Virus record (IMG/VR): IMGVR_UViG_3300028809_000011
Location: 2,038 to 66,037 of that record
Length of the DNA: 64,000 nucleotides
Source of the DNA: a virus
Strand: one strand, 5' to 3'
The position numbers and the translations under genes were made by a program. Of the stretch, positions 10,311 to 20,578 are shown piece after piece (position 1 is the stretch's first letter; every line of letters starts with the position of its first letter). The notes under the pieces are model-generated. The model did no database searches, was not told the DNA's origin, and saw nothing but the letters and a program-made list of their open reading frames with translations.

Positions 10311-10655
10311 ATGATCAGGTCGGCGGCTGAGATCCTTGCCGAGATCGAAGACGAGGACGTGCACCGGGGGGCCGAACTGTTCAGGCCCCTGGTGCAGCCC
10401 AACCGGCACGGCACCCTGATCCGCACCAACAGGTACCCCAGGCAGCGCAAGTCGACAGCCCGCCCGGCCCGCCGGTGTGAGCTGGTGCCCGGCTGTGTGG
10501 GCCTGCACGTGGCCAAGGGTGGCTGTGCCACGCACTACTACAGGCTGAGAACCTACGGCCACCCGCTGGGCGGTATCCGTCCTGAGCCGGTGAGCCTGGG
10601 CAGGATCGAAGGGTTGGGTGGAGAACGTGACGATCATGAACGAGATCGTGGGTGA
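10311..10655 (+). CDS. putative HNH-type endonuclease
   Basis: CELVPGCVGLHVAKGGCATHYYRLRTYGHP resembles the CxxGC...GLCxxHYxR motif of actinophage HNH nucleases. Confidence 0.5.
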   Translation: MIRSAAEILAEIEDEDVHRGAELFRPLVQPNRHGTLIRTNRYPRQRKSTARPARRCELVPGCVGLHVAKGGCATHYYRLRTYGHPLGGIRPEPVSLGRIEGLGGERDDHERDRG

Positions 10656-10752
10656 GTCCGGCGAGAACACCGGCAAAGGCTGCCTGATGGCCGTGGCTGC
10701 TGTCCTCACCGTCGTGTCGGTGCTGGCATGGGTGTGGCTGGCCCGCTGAGAG

Positions 10753-11304
10753 CTACGCTGCCGAGGCTGTAGGCCCGGCCTGACCTTGGTAGTGCGACGA
10801 CAGCCCCTCAGAGCCGTACGGACGCTCTGAGGGGCTTGTCATTTGGAAGAAGACAAGCTGGCAGATCGGCATCCCCGCCTCTAGCCTGATCGGCGCGGCC
10901 GACAGGTTCTTAAGCTCCAGGGTGATCTGTCCCCTGAAGCCGGGATCGATGAAGCCTGCCGTGGTGTGAACGATCAGACCCTTGCGTGCCAGGGATGACT
11001 TGCCGTTCACCTGGGCGACCAGGTCACGGGGGATGTGGACCTTCTCCACGGTGGAGGCCAGCCAGAACTCCGAGGTGTTCATCGGGTCGTCGTCGACCTT
11101 GCCCTTATCCCAGTCGGCCAGGTCGCATTGCCAGATGCCATAGGCGTTGCGAATGTGGTGCGGCGTCTCCACCAGGACGTCGGCGGCCAGGGTCAGCTCC
11201 AGGGACGCCGGTTGCAGGCGTGCCGGGTCGAACCCTGGGTCCACGATCAGCGGGTCCTCCAGGCGCTGTAGGGCGGCCCGGATGTCCCGGTCGGACAGGA
11301 TCAA
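10753..11304 (-). CDS. dcd: dCTP deaminase
   Basis: ILSDRDIRAAL N-terminus, GFIDPGFRGQITLELKN core and ERPYGS...YQGQAGPTAS C-terminus typical of Dcd; TTG start with GGAGGAAGG RBS. Confidence 0.85.
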   Translation of the reverse strand: MILSDRDIRAALQRLEDPLIVDPGFDPARLQPASLELTLAADVLVETPHHIRNAYGIWQCDLADWDKGKVDDDPMNTSEFWLASTVEKVHIPRDLVAQVNGKSSLARKGLIVHTTAGFIDPGFRGQITLELKNLSAAPIRLEAGMPICQLVFFQMTSPSERPYGSEGLSSHYQGQAGPTASAA

Positions 11305-14108
11305 CTGCCTTCCTCCACCTTCTCCACCCACCACACCATCGCGTTGATGGCGCTGTCCTTGCGCTTACGCAGGATGTACTTGCCGAAGAACCGGTCGGCC
11401 TTGCCGTGGAGCATGTGCCCGAGCTTCTTCGGGGTCGGCGTGAGCCCGTCGTCGTCGGTGATGAAACACCGTGACCACCGGTCCACTGACGTGCCCATGA
11501 CCCAGTCGACCTGCGCGGAGGCGTGGACCTGGCGGGCCATCTGCTCGGACGGGCCGAACACCTCGTACCACTTCGCCAGGAAGATGCCCCACTCTTCCTC
11601 GTCGGTGTCGCGGGCGGCCAGGTCGTCGGCGTTGCCGAGGAACCCGGTCAGGCCGTGGAAGACCAGCAGCCCGCCCATGATCTGTGCCCACTTCGTGAAC
11701 CCGCGCATGGTGTGCGACTCGTCTTTGGCGGCACCGTCCTTGACCCATGCCTGAACGAGGATGAGCAGGTGCCACAGTAGGTTCTCCCGGTTGCCCGGTT
11801 CCCTGATCCAGTCGGAGAACTGGCCCATCTCGAACTGGCGCAGCTCCGGCTTGGCCATCTTCGGGTCCAGGCGCACCATCACCGTCCGGGAGGCCATGTC
11901 CCCGCCGACGGTCAGGCCGTTGCCTGACGCGAGCCACAGCCGGTCGTTCGTGGCTTCGATGTTGCGGGACGCGCCGAGCATCCGGTCGTCCCACTTGTCC
12001 TTGGTGATCAGCGTCGCCAGGATCTCCGAAGAGATCGTCGACCCCTCCTTCAAGTTGTCGAACACGACCACCGGTGAGGAGTTCCCAGCCAGGATCGACG
12101 TGACCTTCTTCTGAAGCTCCTCGGTCCGTCCCGGCAGAACCTGGGACGTCTGCCCGTACAGCAGGCCGATGGCGTCGGTCAGGTTCGTCTTGCCTGAGCC
12201 ACGGGTCGTCGCGGTGACCATGCCGAACGGGGTCGTCGTCTTCACGTACGGGCGCAGCATCGGCGACAGCAGCAGCGCCATGTAGTTGGCGAAGTCGCCA
12301 GCCGACGACCAGCAGAACTCCCCGAACACCTTCGAGAACACGAACTCACGGGACCGGCGGACCTGCTCGTCGCTGATCGTCTCCGGCACCCTGGCCACCG
12401 TCACCGCAGGGCCGTAGAACAGGCCGGTGGCCTGGTCGAACCCGCAGTCCTGGATGAGGGTGCCGTCGGGGCGCAGCGTCGGTGTCCCCACCACGCCGGT
12501 CAGCTCAGGCACCGTCGGCCAGTACGTCTTCGACACCACGGCACGCAGGTGAGTGATTGCCGGGGCGCACGCCTTGCGCACGGGCGGGTTGTCCTTGCCG
12601 CCGCTGACCCACTTGAACGTGCGGGTGTGTTCGGCCAGCAGCATGTTCAGCAGGTCGGCTGTCACCGGCACGACAGTGACCTCGGAGCAGGCCGAGTTAG
12701 TCTTCGGGTGCACGTGGACGAGCTGTCCATCTTTGACGTACAGGTTCGGGATGAGGCCGGTGGCGATGACCCGGCTGATCTCCAGCATGGCTTCCTGTTC
12801 GGAGCCAAGGTCGATCTCAGGGAGGTCATCGTGGGCGGCTGCCACCGCAAGAACCTGCCCGGTCTGGACGGCCAGCGCCGCCTGCTCAGGCTGCTGGTGA
12901 TCCACGGCCTGGTTCAGCACCGGCGTGGCAGGCGCGGCAGGCTTGACCAGGCTGGTCACATCTACCGGACGGTTCAGCTCAGGAAGCTGGCTGCCGAATC
13001 CCTCCGCCGCGAGCTGCTTGGTTGACTGCCGGAACGCCTCGCTGGACAGGCTGCCGAAGTTGATCAGCGTGTAGGCGGCGTGCTTGTTGTACGCCTTGCG
13101 AGCCTGGAAGACGGACTCGGATGACCAGGTGTAGAACCGGTCCTCGTCACGGGCATAGCCGGTGGTTGCGCTATGTTCCGCGCCGCTCTCCGATCCGACG
13201 CGCAGCCAGTAGTCGGTGCCGCCCTTGGTCTTCACATAGGTGAAGTGGCCCGCCAGAATCCAGTTCCAGTCGCCGCGTGCATTGAGGTCGTCGCCGGGCA
13301 GGATGACCTGGGTGCCGTTGGTGTTCAGGGGCCGGGTCGTCTTGGAGAACTCGCGCGGCGCGGGCTTCGGAATCTGGTCGAAGAGGTTCTCGACGATCGA
13401 TTCGATCTCCGCGTAGGCGTAATGCTCGTAACTTGGCGGCTCCATGATGTGGCACGGACGGGCTAGGCCCTGCTTGCGGTTGATGGTGCCGGGGATGCGC
13501 AGGACGCGGGCCATGTCGCCCACTTCGCCGCCGACGTGCCATCCGAGCTGCTCACCGGCGTGGACCAAGATCTTCTGGATCTGCTCGGACACTGTCTTGG
13601 CGCGGGCCAGTGCCTCGGGGGTCCGGATGTCCTGGGGGTCGTCGAGAAGCCACCACGGGTACACCCCGCCACCGGAGTGGACCCAGATGGTCGGTTCGGG
13701 CAGGCCGGAGGTGTCCACGATCGACATGGCCGTGGCGGTGTCGGGGGGCAGGAGCTTGGAGGTCTTGTGGCCGGGGCCTGCGATGTCGAGGTCGGCTGCG
13801 AAGCCGGGCAGCGTGAAGCTGTCACCCTCCTCACCGCGTCCGCGCTTGCCGTCCTTGATGGGTATGCGCGACAGGGTGGTGGTGCGCAGGTAGATGCCCT
13901 GGGGGTTGTCCCGCTCTAGGGTGAGGACGTTGGCTACGGCACCATCGACGTCGCTGCTGGTGAAGCCTTCCCAGTTGCTGGTCGATCCGACCCAGATCAG
14001 CCCAGGCGAGGAGGCGTGGATGGTCAGGAGCCAGCGCCGGACCTCGCTGATGTCGACACCAGATGTGCCAAACTCGCCAGATGAGTTGACGGGGGTGCTG
14101 TCAAGCAC
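11301..14108 (-). CDS. bifunctional primase-polymerase / helicase (P4/D5 family)
   Basis: 935 aa; N-terminal prim-pol-like region; C-terminal Walker A TRGSGKTN; GTG start with AAGGGAG RBS. Confidence 0.85.
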   Translation of the reverse strand: MLDSTPVNSSGEFGTSGVDISEVRRWLLTIHASSPGLIWVGSTSNWEGFTSSDVDGAVANVLTLERDNPQGIYLRTTTLSRIPIKDGKRGRGEEGDSFTLPGFAADLDIAGPGHKTSKLLPPDTATAMSIVDTSGLPEPTIWVHSGGGVYPWWLLDDPQDIRTPEALARAKTVSEQIQKILVHAGEQLGWHVGGEVGDMARVLRIPGTINRKQGLARPCHIMEPPSYEHYAYAEIESIVENLFDQIPKPAPREFSKTTRPLNTNGTQVILPGDDLNARGDWNWILAGHFTYVKTKGGTDYWLRVGSESGAEHSATTGYARDEDRFYTWSSESVFQARKAYNKHAAYTLINFGSLSSEAFRQSTKQLAAEGFGSQLPELNRPVDVTSLVKPAAPATPVLNQAVDHQQPEQAALAVQTGQVLAVAAAHDDLPEIDLGSEQEAMLEISRVIATGLIPNLYVKDGQLVHVHPKTNSACSEVTVVPVTADLLNMLLAEHTRTFKWVSGGKDNPPVRKACAPAITHLRAVVSKTYWPTVPELTGVVGTPTLRPDGTLIQDCGFDQATGLFYGPAVTVARVPETISDEQVRRSREFVFSKVFGEFCWSSAGDFANYMALLLSPMLRPYVKTTTPFGMVTATTRGSGKTNLTDAIGLLYGQTSQVLPGRTEELQKKVTSILAGNSSPVVVFDNLKEGSTISSEILATLITKDKWDDRMLGASRNIEATNDRLWLASGNGLTVGGDMASRTVMVRLDPKMAKPELRQFEMGQFSDWIREPGNRENLLWHLLILVQAWVKDGAAKDESHTMRGFTKWAQIMGGLLVFHGLTGFLGNADDLAARDTDEEEWGIFLAKWYEVFGPSEQMARQVHASAQVDWVMGTSVDRWSRCFITDDDGLTPTPKKLGHMLHGKADRFFGKYILRKRKDSAINAMVWWVEKVEEGS

Positions 14109-14340
14109 GTAATGTCTCCCTTGATACGTAGGGAGTTCGCCGGGTACCTCTCCACCTGGCGGACGCAGGAAGCCTCAGAGTTTGCCGCTCTGGGGCTTTT
14201 CTGTTTTCGTCCGGTGAAGATCTCGACGAACTCCGGTCAGCCTACACACCCTCCCGGTGGAGCACCAGGGGGTCACCTGCGCTCCACCGGGTCCTGCATG
14301 GTCTGGCCTCCCGCGAAGATGAACCAGACCCCACACACTA

Positions 14341-15111
14341 CTAGAAAGCGGGCTCAACCTGTGCAGGATCGGACGAACCGGTCTGCCCCTGACGGATCAG
14401 GTCAAGGGTGGACAGGGACGGCGGACCCGACGTCGGCGCAGGTGGCGCTGAGGCTGGCTTGGCCCAGTCCGGCATGGAGTCCTGCTGGCCGTGGTGAGAG
14501 GGCACGGTCTGCTGGGTCGTCCATCCGGACTGCTGCCAGTTCTGCTGGGCCTGCGGGGCGGGCTGAGGTGGCCGTGGGGGCTGCTGGGCCGGGTAGCCCT
14601 GGTTCGGGTACCCCTGCTGGGCCTGGGCCTGGGCCTGGCTGAAGTGAGCTGGGGGCTGCGCAGCCGGTGGCTGGTAGCGGACCTCGAACAGCTTCGGCTT
14701 CACCCCGGCCAGGGAGGTCATGTCGTCGCCGGTGTACCGGTACCAGACGACCCCGCCGACCTCCAGCCAGTCCGCACCCACAGCCCGGACCGCGTCAGCC
14801 GTGGCCCGTTCCATGTGCTTGCCCTTGAGGTAGATCGTCCGGGTGCCGGAGTCCTGCTGGCTGCGGTCGGGGTTCTTGACGCCCTCCCAGTTGCGGAACT
14901 CGGTCTGGATCTGGAAGATCACCTGCATCTTCGGGTCGCCGGACGGCCAGAACGCTGGCTCCTTCGACTGTGGGTTGCGCGGGTCGTAGACCGTCTGCTG
15001 GACAGCCTTCGGCTCGCTGATGATCTTCCCCGTCACCCCGTCGCCAGGGTAGGTGAAGGCCATCGCGGGGGCTGACGTCCCCATGATCAGATCACGTGCG
15101 TTGTTCGTCAT
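14341..15111 (-). CDS. hypothetical protein with Q/P-rich C-terminal tail
   Basis: 256 aa in the replication block; low-complexity QPPAAQPP...QQGYPNQGYP tail. Confidence 0.5.
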   Translation of the reverse strand: MTNNARDLIMGTSAPAMAFTYPGDGVTGKIISEPKAVQQTVYDPRNPQSKEPAFWPSGDPKMQVIFQIQTEFRNWEGVKNPDRSQQDSGTRTIYLKGKHMERATADAVRAVGADWLEVGGVVWYRYTGDDMTSLAGVKPKLFEVRYQPPAAQPPAHFSQAQAQAQQGYPNQGYPAQQPPRPPQPAPQAQQNWQQSGWTTQQTVPSHHGQQDSMPDWAKPASAPPAPTSGPPSLSTLDLIRQGQTGSSDPAQVEPAF

Positions 15112-15138
15112 GTCGTCACCTCGTTAGGTCGTTGTTAT

Positions 15139-15366
15139 CTAGTCACCGATGGCGGCCCGGACGAAGCAGTCCTTGGCCTCCAGGAGCTTGCGCAGCCCAG
15201 CGGTCAGTTCGGGGCCGTCGGGCAGGTCGATCACCATTTGGCTGGCCAGGATGTAGTTCCACTTGCTCACCAGTGCCAGCTTCTCCGGCAGGTGGTCATA
15301 CTCGAACCACCTCATGATCTGCTGGGTCGCCTGGTGCCTGTGTGCCCATTTGTTCTCAGACATCTT
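15139..15366 (-). CDS. small hypothetical protein
   Basis: frame of 15139..15684 from MSENKWAH; the upstream part of that ORF is out-of-frame shadow. Confidence 0.4.
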   Translation of the reverse strand, partial: KMSENKWAHRHQATQQIMRWFEYDHLPEKLALVSKWNYILASQMVIDLPDGPELTAGLRKLLEAKDCFVRAAIGD

Positions 15367-16177
15367 TGACCAGTCCCTTCCCATACTTCGCTTTTGTCTG
15401 GTCTGTGTTACCAGGACACCCTGACATCGAAGCCCTGTCCGAGCCGCCCTTGTACCAGGGGCAGAACGCGCACTCCCCCGACGGGGCTGCCGGGATCGCC
15501 TCGAATGACAGGTCTTCGCCCATGTCGATGAGCGTCCCGGCGATCTTGTACATCCTGTCCAGGGCAGCCTGGGCACGTTCGGGCCGGTAGTCGTCGACCC
15601 AGATTTGCATGTCCCGCAGCCAGCCCGACCGGGGCACCGCGACCAGGACGACCTTCGCGACTGGGGCACCGGCGTTGACGGCACCCCGCCCGTACAGGTT
15701 GACCTGGTCCTTGTAGTGCTCTGGTGGGCCGTCGGCCTTCCACGCCTTCAGCTTCGTCGGCGAGACGGTCTTCCAGTCGATGACGGCCTGGATCTCCGAG
15801 TCGTAGAGGTCCATGTGGCCGGTCACCATCGGGTCCGGCTGCACCGTCAGCTCGGTCTTCCAGCGCTCCATGAAGTGGACCTCCTGGAACCGGTTGACCG
15901 CCTTCTCCAGCCAGGCGTGCACGGCCGTGCCGACGATGGCCGGGAGTGGGTCGGACCACCAGTTGGCCTCAGGCACCCCGGCCAGCCGGTAGGCGATCTT
16001 CCGGTCGCACAGGCTGCCCAGCTCACTGGGGCCGATCGACTTCTGCATGGACCGCGATGAGTTCGACTCGGTCCACTTGATCACGTCGGTCAGGTCGGAC
16101 AGCAGCGCCGCACCCAGGGCCTCGTTCGGGTCGGTCGGCATGCAGGACGGGTGGTACTCCCCACCGGTGTCCAGCAG
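15356..16177 (-). CDS. PD-(D/E)XK exonuclease, Cas4/RecB-like with 4-Cys cluster
   Basis: N-terminal Cys pair (CRKC), central nuclease-like region, C-terminal CAFCP...C; start uncertain. Confidence 0.7.
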   Translation of the reverse strand: MLDTGGEYHPSCMPTDPNEALGAALLSDLTDVIKWTESNSSRSMQKSIGPSELGSLCDRKIAYRLAGVPEANWWSDPLPAIVGTAVHAWLEKAVNRFQEVHFMERWKTELTVQPDPMVTGHMDLYDSEIQAVIDWKTVSPTKLKAWKADGPPEHYKDQVNLYGRGAVNAGAPVAKVVLVAVPRSGWLRDMQIWVDDYRPERAQAALDRMYKIAGTLIDMGEDLSFEAIPAAPSGECAFCPWYKGGSDRASMSGCPGNTDQTKAKYGKGLVKDV

Positions 16178-16218
16178 CACCTTGTCCAGGATGCGCCCGC
16201 ACTTGCGGCACAGTGGGC

Positions 16219-16455
16219 TCAAGGCGTCATCACGTCCCGGTTGGCCAGGGGAAGCGGGTAGTCCCGGCCCACCCGGACCCACATCTTGCCCTGGGTGCGG
16301 AAGTCCTGGAGCTGCCAGTTCTGCCCGCAGTCGCATTCGACGACGGAGCCCACGCCGACGGCGTTGTTGCCGTCCTTGTCGGCCTGGGTGAGGTGGAATT
16401 CGTGGAGCTTGATCGGGCACGGGCATGGCGGCTCAACCCGCTTGATGAGCTTCAC
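16219..16455 (-). CDS. small Cys-containing hypothetical protein
   Basis: 78 aa with CPCP...CDCGQNW. Confidence 0.35.
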   Translation of the reverse strand: MKLIKRVEPPCPCPIKLHEFHLTQADKDGNNAVGVGSVVECDCGQNWQLQDFRTQGKMWVRVGRDYPLPLANRDVMTP

Positions 16456-16916
16456 GGCTTCTCCTGCCCCTTGTAGATGAATGTTCCGAGCACGCCCAGG
16501 CGCTCGTGTCGGTATTCGCCTCGGTCACAGGCGGCTTCCAGCTCATGCACAGGAATGCCTGATTGCCTGGCAGCCCGGCTGATGGGGATAAGTTCCTGAT
16601 AAGCATCTCCTGGCACTGATTCCAGCGCCCGATCCGCACCCCAGACCCACTCCCCAACCCGGATCGCCGTGTCGATGTTCATGCCCCTTTCCAGGGCCTC
16701 CCACTGACGCAGGCTCTCGCCCTCCACACCGATCAGGCGAGCCTGGGCGTTTCGGGTCATACTCAGCTTCTTGCGCAATTCCGCCAGTTCGCCACCCAGG
16801 ACCGCAGAATAGCCAGCCTTTGCCAGCTCAGACTCGGTCTGGTGGATCACCTTGCTCATGGTACTCCTCTGCAACTCCTGCATGTCAAGCATCAGAAGAG
16901 TACCCCAAACGGACAT
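16452..16916 (-). CDS. HTH DNA-binding protein
   Basis: 154 aa; last gene of the leftward block, divergent from terminase. Confidence 0.5.
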   Translation of the reverse strand: MSVWGTLLMLDMQELQRSTMSKVIHQTESELAKAGYSAVLGGELAELRKKLSMTRNAQARLIGVEGESLRQWEALERGMNIDTAIRVGEWVWGADRALESVPGDAYQELIPISRAARQSGIPVHELEAACDRGEYRHERLGVLGTFIYKGQEKP

Positions 16917-16936
16917 GTGGTGTATATGATCAGATC

Positions 16937-18346
16937 ATGGGACTTTCCCTGGCAGAGCGGTATGCCCTAGAGCTGACTCCCGAAGAGCAGCGTCGATGGG
17001 TCGCTTCGCTGACCCCACAAATGCTCAAAGAGGTCGCGCGTCAGGAATGGTGGTGGACGGCACGACCCGAGCAGATTCCCCCACCCGGAGACTGGAGCCT
17101 TTGCCTCATCCTTGCCGGACGAGGCTTTGGTAAATCAAAGCTGGCCTCCGAATGGATCGTGCAAAGGCTACTCGACCACCCCGTGGACCGGCACGGCTTC
17201 CGCACCGAATGGCTCATCATCGCCGAGACGCTTTCGGACGCCCGGACCATTTCGATCGAGGGTCCGTCGGGTGTCCTGCGCGTGCTGGAGCGCAGGGAGA
17301 TCCCCTACAAATACATCAAGCACCCCAAGCCGCAGATCCTTGTCGGGGACCACAAGTCAGTGATCTTCTTCGAAGGTGCGGACGGTGCCGACGTCGGCCG
17401 TGGCTACAACGCCGCAGGTGCCGTCCTCGACGAGGTGGCTAAGTGGAAGAAGCCGCGTGAGTCCTGGTACGAGGGCATCATGCCGTCCCTGCGCGCCGAC
17501 CTGGTCGGCGATCACCCTCGGACGCTGGTGGCCACGACCCCGAAGCCCATCGACATCCTGCGTGAATGGGTTCAGCGTGACGACGGCTCAGTTCGACTCA
17601 TTCGTGGATCGACATTTGACAATGCCGCCAACCTGAGTTCCTTCACCCTGGATGAGCTTGACCGGCGCTATGCCGGGACGCTGATCGGGCGACAGGAACT
17701 TTACGGAGAGTTGCTGGACGCTCGCGACGGAATGCTGTTCGCCTATCGTGACATTGACAATCACCGACTTGAATCCGTTGACGATGTTGAATTCACTCAC
17801 ATCACTGTGGGTGTCGACCCGACCCTCACCGAGGAAGGCGACCTCATGGGTGTCGTCGTCGTCGGCCGGGACGCCAAGAACCACATGTACATCCTGTCGG
17901 ACGAGTCCGTGCCGCTGACCTCACGCGAGGCAGCCCGCCACATCTGGCGTGTCTTCTGGCGCAACGGTGCCGACACCGTGGTCATCGAGGACAACCTGGC
18001 CAAGCGGTGGATGACCGACGTCCTGCGCGACAGCTACGTGGAGCTGCGCGACCAGGACAACCTGTTCCCGCCTGGCACATCCGCACCGATCAAGACCACC
18101 GACTCCCGGATCGGCAAGAAGCTGCGGGCCGAGCCGGTGGCCCTGAGGTACGAGCAGGGCACCGTCCACCACGTCGGGACGTTCTCCAACTTGGAGAACG
18201 AGATGCTGAACTTCGACCCCACCGACAGTCACAACTCGCCCAACCGCATGGACGCCATGGTCCACGCCGCCCGGCATCTCATGGCAGGCGAGAAGCGCCG
18301 CATTCGCCTCGTCGACCCACAGTCGTTGTGGATTCCCACCCGTTAG
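16937..18346 (+). CDS. terL: terminase large subunit
   Basis: ATP-binding-loop-like motif ILAGRGFGKSKLASEW; C-terminal nuclease-like region; internal ATG start at 16937 just after an AAACGGACAT motif. Confidence 0.85.
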   Translation: MGLSLAERYALELTPEEQRRWVASLTPQMLKEVARQEWWWTARPEQIPPPGDWSLCLILAGRGFGKSKLASEWIVQRLLDHPVDRHGFRTEWLIIAETLSDARTISIEGPSGVLRVLERREIPYKYIKHPKPQILVGDHKSVIFFEGADGADVGRGYNAAGAVLDEVAKWKKPRESWYEGIMPSLRADLVGDHPRTLVATTPKPIDILREWVQRDDGSVRLIRGSTFDNAANLSSFTLDELDRRYAGTLIGRQELYGELLDARDGMLFAYRDIDNHRLESVDDVEFTHITVGVDPTLTEEGDLMGVVVVGRDAKNHMYILSDESVPLTSREAARHIWRVFWRNGADTVVIEDNLAKRWMTDVLRDSYVELRDQDNLFPPGTSAPIKTTDSRIGKKLRAEPVALRYEQGTVHHVGTFSNLENEMLNFDPTDSHNSPNRMDAMVHAARHLMAGEKRRIRLVDPQSLWIPTR

Positions 18347-18382
18347 GCTGCTTAGCGCCCTTATGTCCGATACGCTTGTTTC

Positions 18383-18688
18383 ATGACAGATCCTGTGGTA
18401 CTCGTCCTCCTCTGCCTTGCGGTGGCGGGGATGACCCGTGCCCTGGTGATCGAGAAGCCTTTCGCCTGGTGGCGCACCTGGGTCAAGTCCTGGTCCGGTG
18501 AGGATGGGCTGGCCACCTACCTGGTCCACTGCGTCTTCTGCACCGGCTTCTGGGTCGGCGCGGTCAACACGGGCATCCTCTGGTTCCTGCACCAGCTTCC
18601 GCACTACAACCCGGCACAGTCCACGTGGCTGGCCTTCCTGACCGTCTGGGCGATCTTCGCCGTAGCGCCCCACATCGCGGACCGGTAG
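18383..18688 (+). CDS. membrane protein
   Basis: 101 aa, three predicted TM helices. Confidence 0.5.
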   Translation: MTDPVVLVLLCLAVAGMTRALVIEKPFAWWRTWVKSWSGEDGLATYLVHCVFCTGFWVGAVNTGILWFLHQLPHYNPAQSTWLAFLTVWAIFAVAPHIADR

Positions 18689-18691
18689 CCG

Positions 18692-20578
18692 ATGCCTAAG
18701 CCCATGATCCAGCAGAACTCCACGGGCACCGCCCTGGAGCCGGTCACCTTCGCCGCCGAGCAGCTATCCCCCATCCGGCAGGCAGCCCTACTGGGCAACG
18801 ACTCCACGCTGTGGAACAGCTACCGGTTCACCAGCACCTCATGGCAGCGGGAAGCCTGGCGGTTCTACCACTGCATCCCCGAGCTTCACTTCGCGGCGAA
18901 CTACGTCGGCGCTGCCTGTAGCCGGGTCCGGCTGTTCATCGAAGGTGTGGACAAGTACAACCGGCCCACCGGTGAAGTCGACGATGACGACCAGATCGCC
19001 GCGTTGGGCCAGACCATGTTCGGCACCCAGCACCAGCAGGCCGAAGCCCTCAACGCCATCGGGGTCAACCTGACCGTCGCCGGTGAGTGCTATGTGGTCG
19101 GCCGGTCACCACGCCAGTTCGACCCGGACAAATGGTACGTAGTCTCCACATCCTCGCTGAAGCGACGCAACGGACAGTATGCCGTCAACCTGGGCTACGG
19201 CCCGGAGGAGTTGCTGGCCACCTCGGACCTGCTGGTGCGGCTGTGGAGTCCCGACCGTGAGTACATCGTCCGCCCGGACAGCCCGACACAGGCGTGCCTG
19301 AACGTCCTGGCTGAGCTGGAAGAGCTGATGCTGTTCGAGTTCTCCCAGATCGACTCGCGCCTGGCCGGTGGCGGCATCGTCTGGCTCCCGGCCGAGATGA
19401 GCAACGGCCCGTCGGATGCCAGCACGGCCCCCCAGTCGGCTGACGACGTGTTCAACCAGATGGCCCTGGCCGCGAAGGCTGCCCGGTCCGGCCGTGGCAC
19501 CGCTGCCGGTGTCGTCTCCCAGTTCATCGAGATCCCCGGCGAGTACATCGGCAAGATGCAGGACAAGCCGATGCGGTTCGACTCGGAGCTGTCGGACAAG
19601 CTGAAGGAATACAAGGACGGGGCGCTCAACCGCCTGGCCACCGGCATGAACATGCCCGCCGAGATCCTTCGCGGCATGGGCGACGTCAACCACATCTCGG
19701 TCTGGTCGATCGAGGAATCTTTCGTCAAGATTCACATCGAGCCGATGATGGTCCTCATCGCCGACGGCCTCACCAAGGCATACCTGCGCCCCCTGCTCAA
19801 AGCCATGGGCAAGGACCCGCTGCGCTACCAGGTCAGCTTCGACACCGCCCCACTCACCGTCCGCGCCTCCCGACTCCAGGACACCCTCAACCTGTACGAG
19901 AAGGGCCTGGTCAAGGCCGACACCGTCCTGCTGGCAGGCAACTACAACGTCCTCACCGACACCCCGACCGAGGAAGAGTCGACAGAGCGCTTCGTCCGCG
20001 AGCTGATGCTGCGCGACCCAACCCTGATCGCTGTGCCACCCCTGGTGGAGGCAGCCAACCTCGACATCGACATGCCGGAGCCGGTCCTGGCCGTCCCAGG
20101 CGACCCGAACGCCCCAGGCCCGCCACCACCACCAGCCCCGGCCAGGTCCGTCGACAACCAGCGCCGACCAGTCGACCCGCGTTCCACCGATACCGGCCCG
20201 ACCAGGCCAGCAGCCAACCAGGGCACCCCCATCCTGGCCTCGGCCGTCCTCGACGATTCAGGCGAAGCTGTACTGAGGGTTGCCTACGTCGTGGCCCGCC
20301 GGGCACTGGAGATCGCAGGCGGCAGGCTGCTCACCCGGCAGGTCCGAGGCCAGTTCCCCGAGGTCCCGAAGTTCGAGATCCACACCAGGATCAAGGTGAA
20401 CCCAGGCCAGGCTCGCGAAGCCCTCGCCGGTGCCTTCGACCACCTGGTTCTCGACTTCGCCGGGCTCGGTGTGGACACCGACGACATGATCGACCGACTT
20501 ACCACCTACTGCGTCGACCGGATGGTCAGCGGCAAGCCCCAGGACATGGACAGGCTGGCCATGTATGTCAGCGCGTGA
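18692..20578 (+). CDS. portal protein
   Basis: 628 aa immediately after terminase; Pro-rich C-terminus. Confidence 0.8.
   Translation: MPKPMIQQNSTGTALEPVTFAAEQLSPIRQAALLGNDSTLWNSYRFTSTSWQREAWRFYHCIPELHFAANYVGAACSRVRLFIEGVDKYNRPTGEVDDDDQIAALGQTMFGTQHQQAEALNAIGVNLTVAGECYVVGRSPRQFDPDKWYVVSTSSLKRRNGQYAVNLGYGPEELLATSDLLVRLWSPDREYIVRPDSPTQACLNVLAELEELMLFEFSQIDSRLAGGGIVWLPAEMSNGPSDASTAPQSADDVFNQMALAAKAARSGRGTAAGVVSQFIEIPGEYIGKMQDKPMRFDSELSDKLKEYKDGALNRLATGMNMPAEILRGMGDVNHISVWSIEESFVKIHIEPMMVLIADGLTKAYLRPLLKAMGKDPLRYQVSFDTAPLTVRASRLQDTLNLYEKGLVKADTVLLAGNYNVLTDTPTEEESTERFVRELMLRDPTLIAVPPLVEAANLDIDMPEPVLAVPGDPNAPGPPPPPAPARSVDNQRRPVDPRSTDTGPTRPAANQGTPILASAVLDDSGEAVLRVAYVVARRALEIAGGRLLTRQVRGQFPEVPKFEIHTRIKVNPGQAREALAGAFDHLVLDFAGLGVDTDDMIDRLTTYCVDRMVSGKPQDMDRLAMYVSA

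Noticed and set aside
10801-10840. strong hairpin CAGCCCCTCAGAGC...GCTCTGAGGGGCTTG that looked like a terminator
   Set aside because: It lies inside the dcd coding sequence, within the conserved C-terminal PYGS...YQGQ region, not after the stop codon.
14341-15111. calling the 256-aa protein an SSB
   Set aside because: Only the Q/P-rich tail is SSB-like; no OB-fold signature could be recognised by eye, so it is left hypothetical.
18007-18673. ORFs antisense or out of frame within the terminase gene
   Set aside because: Shadow ORFs inside a confidently assigned gene.
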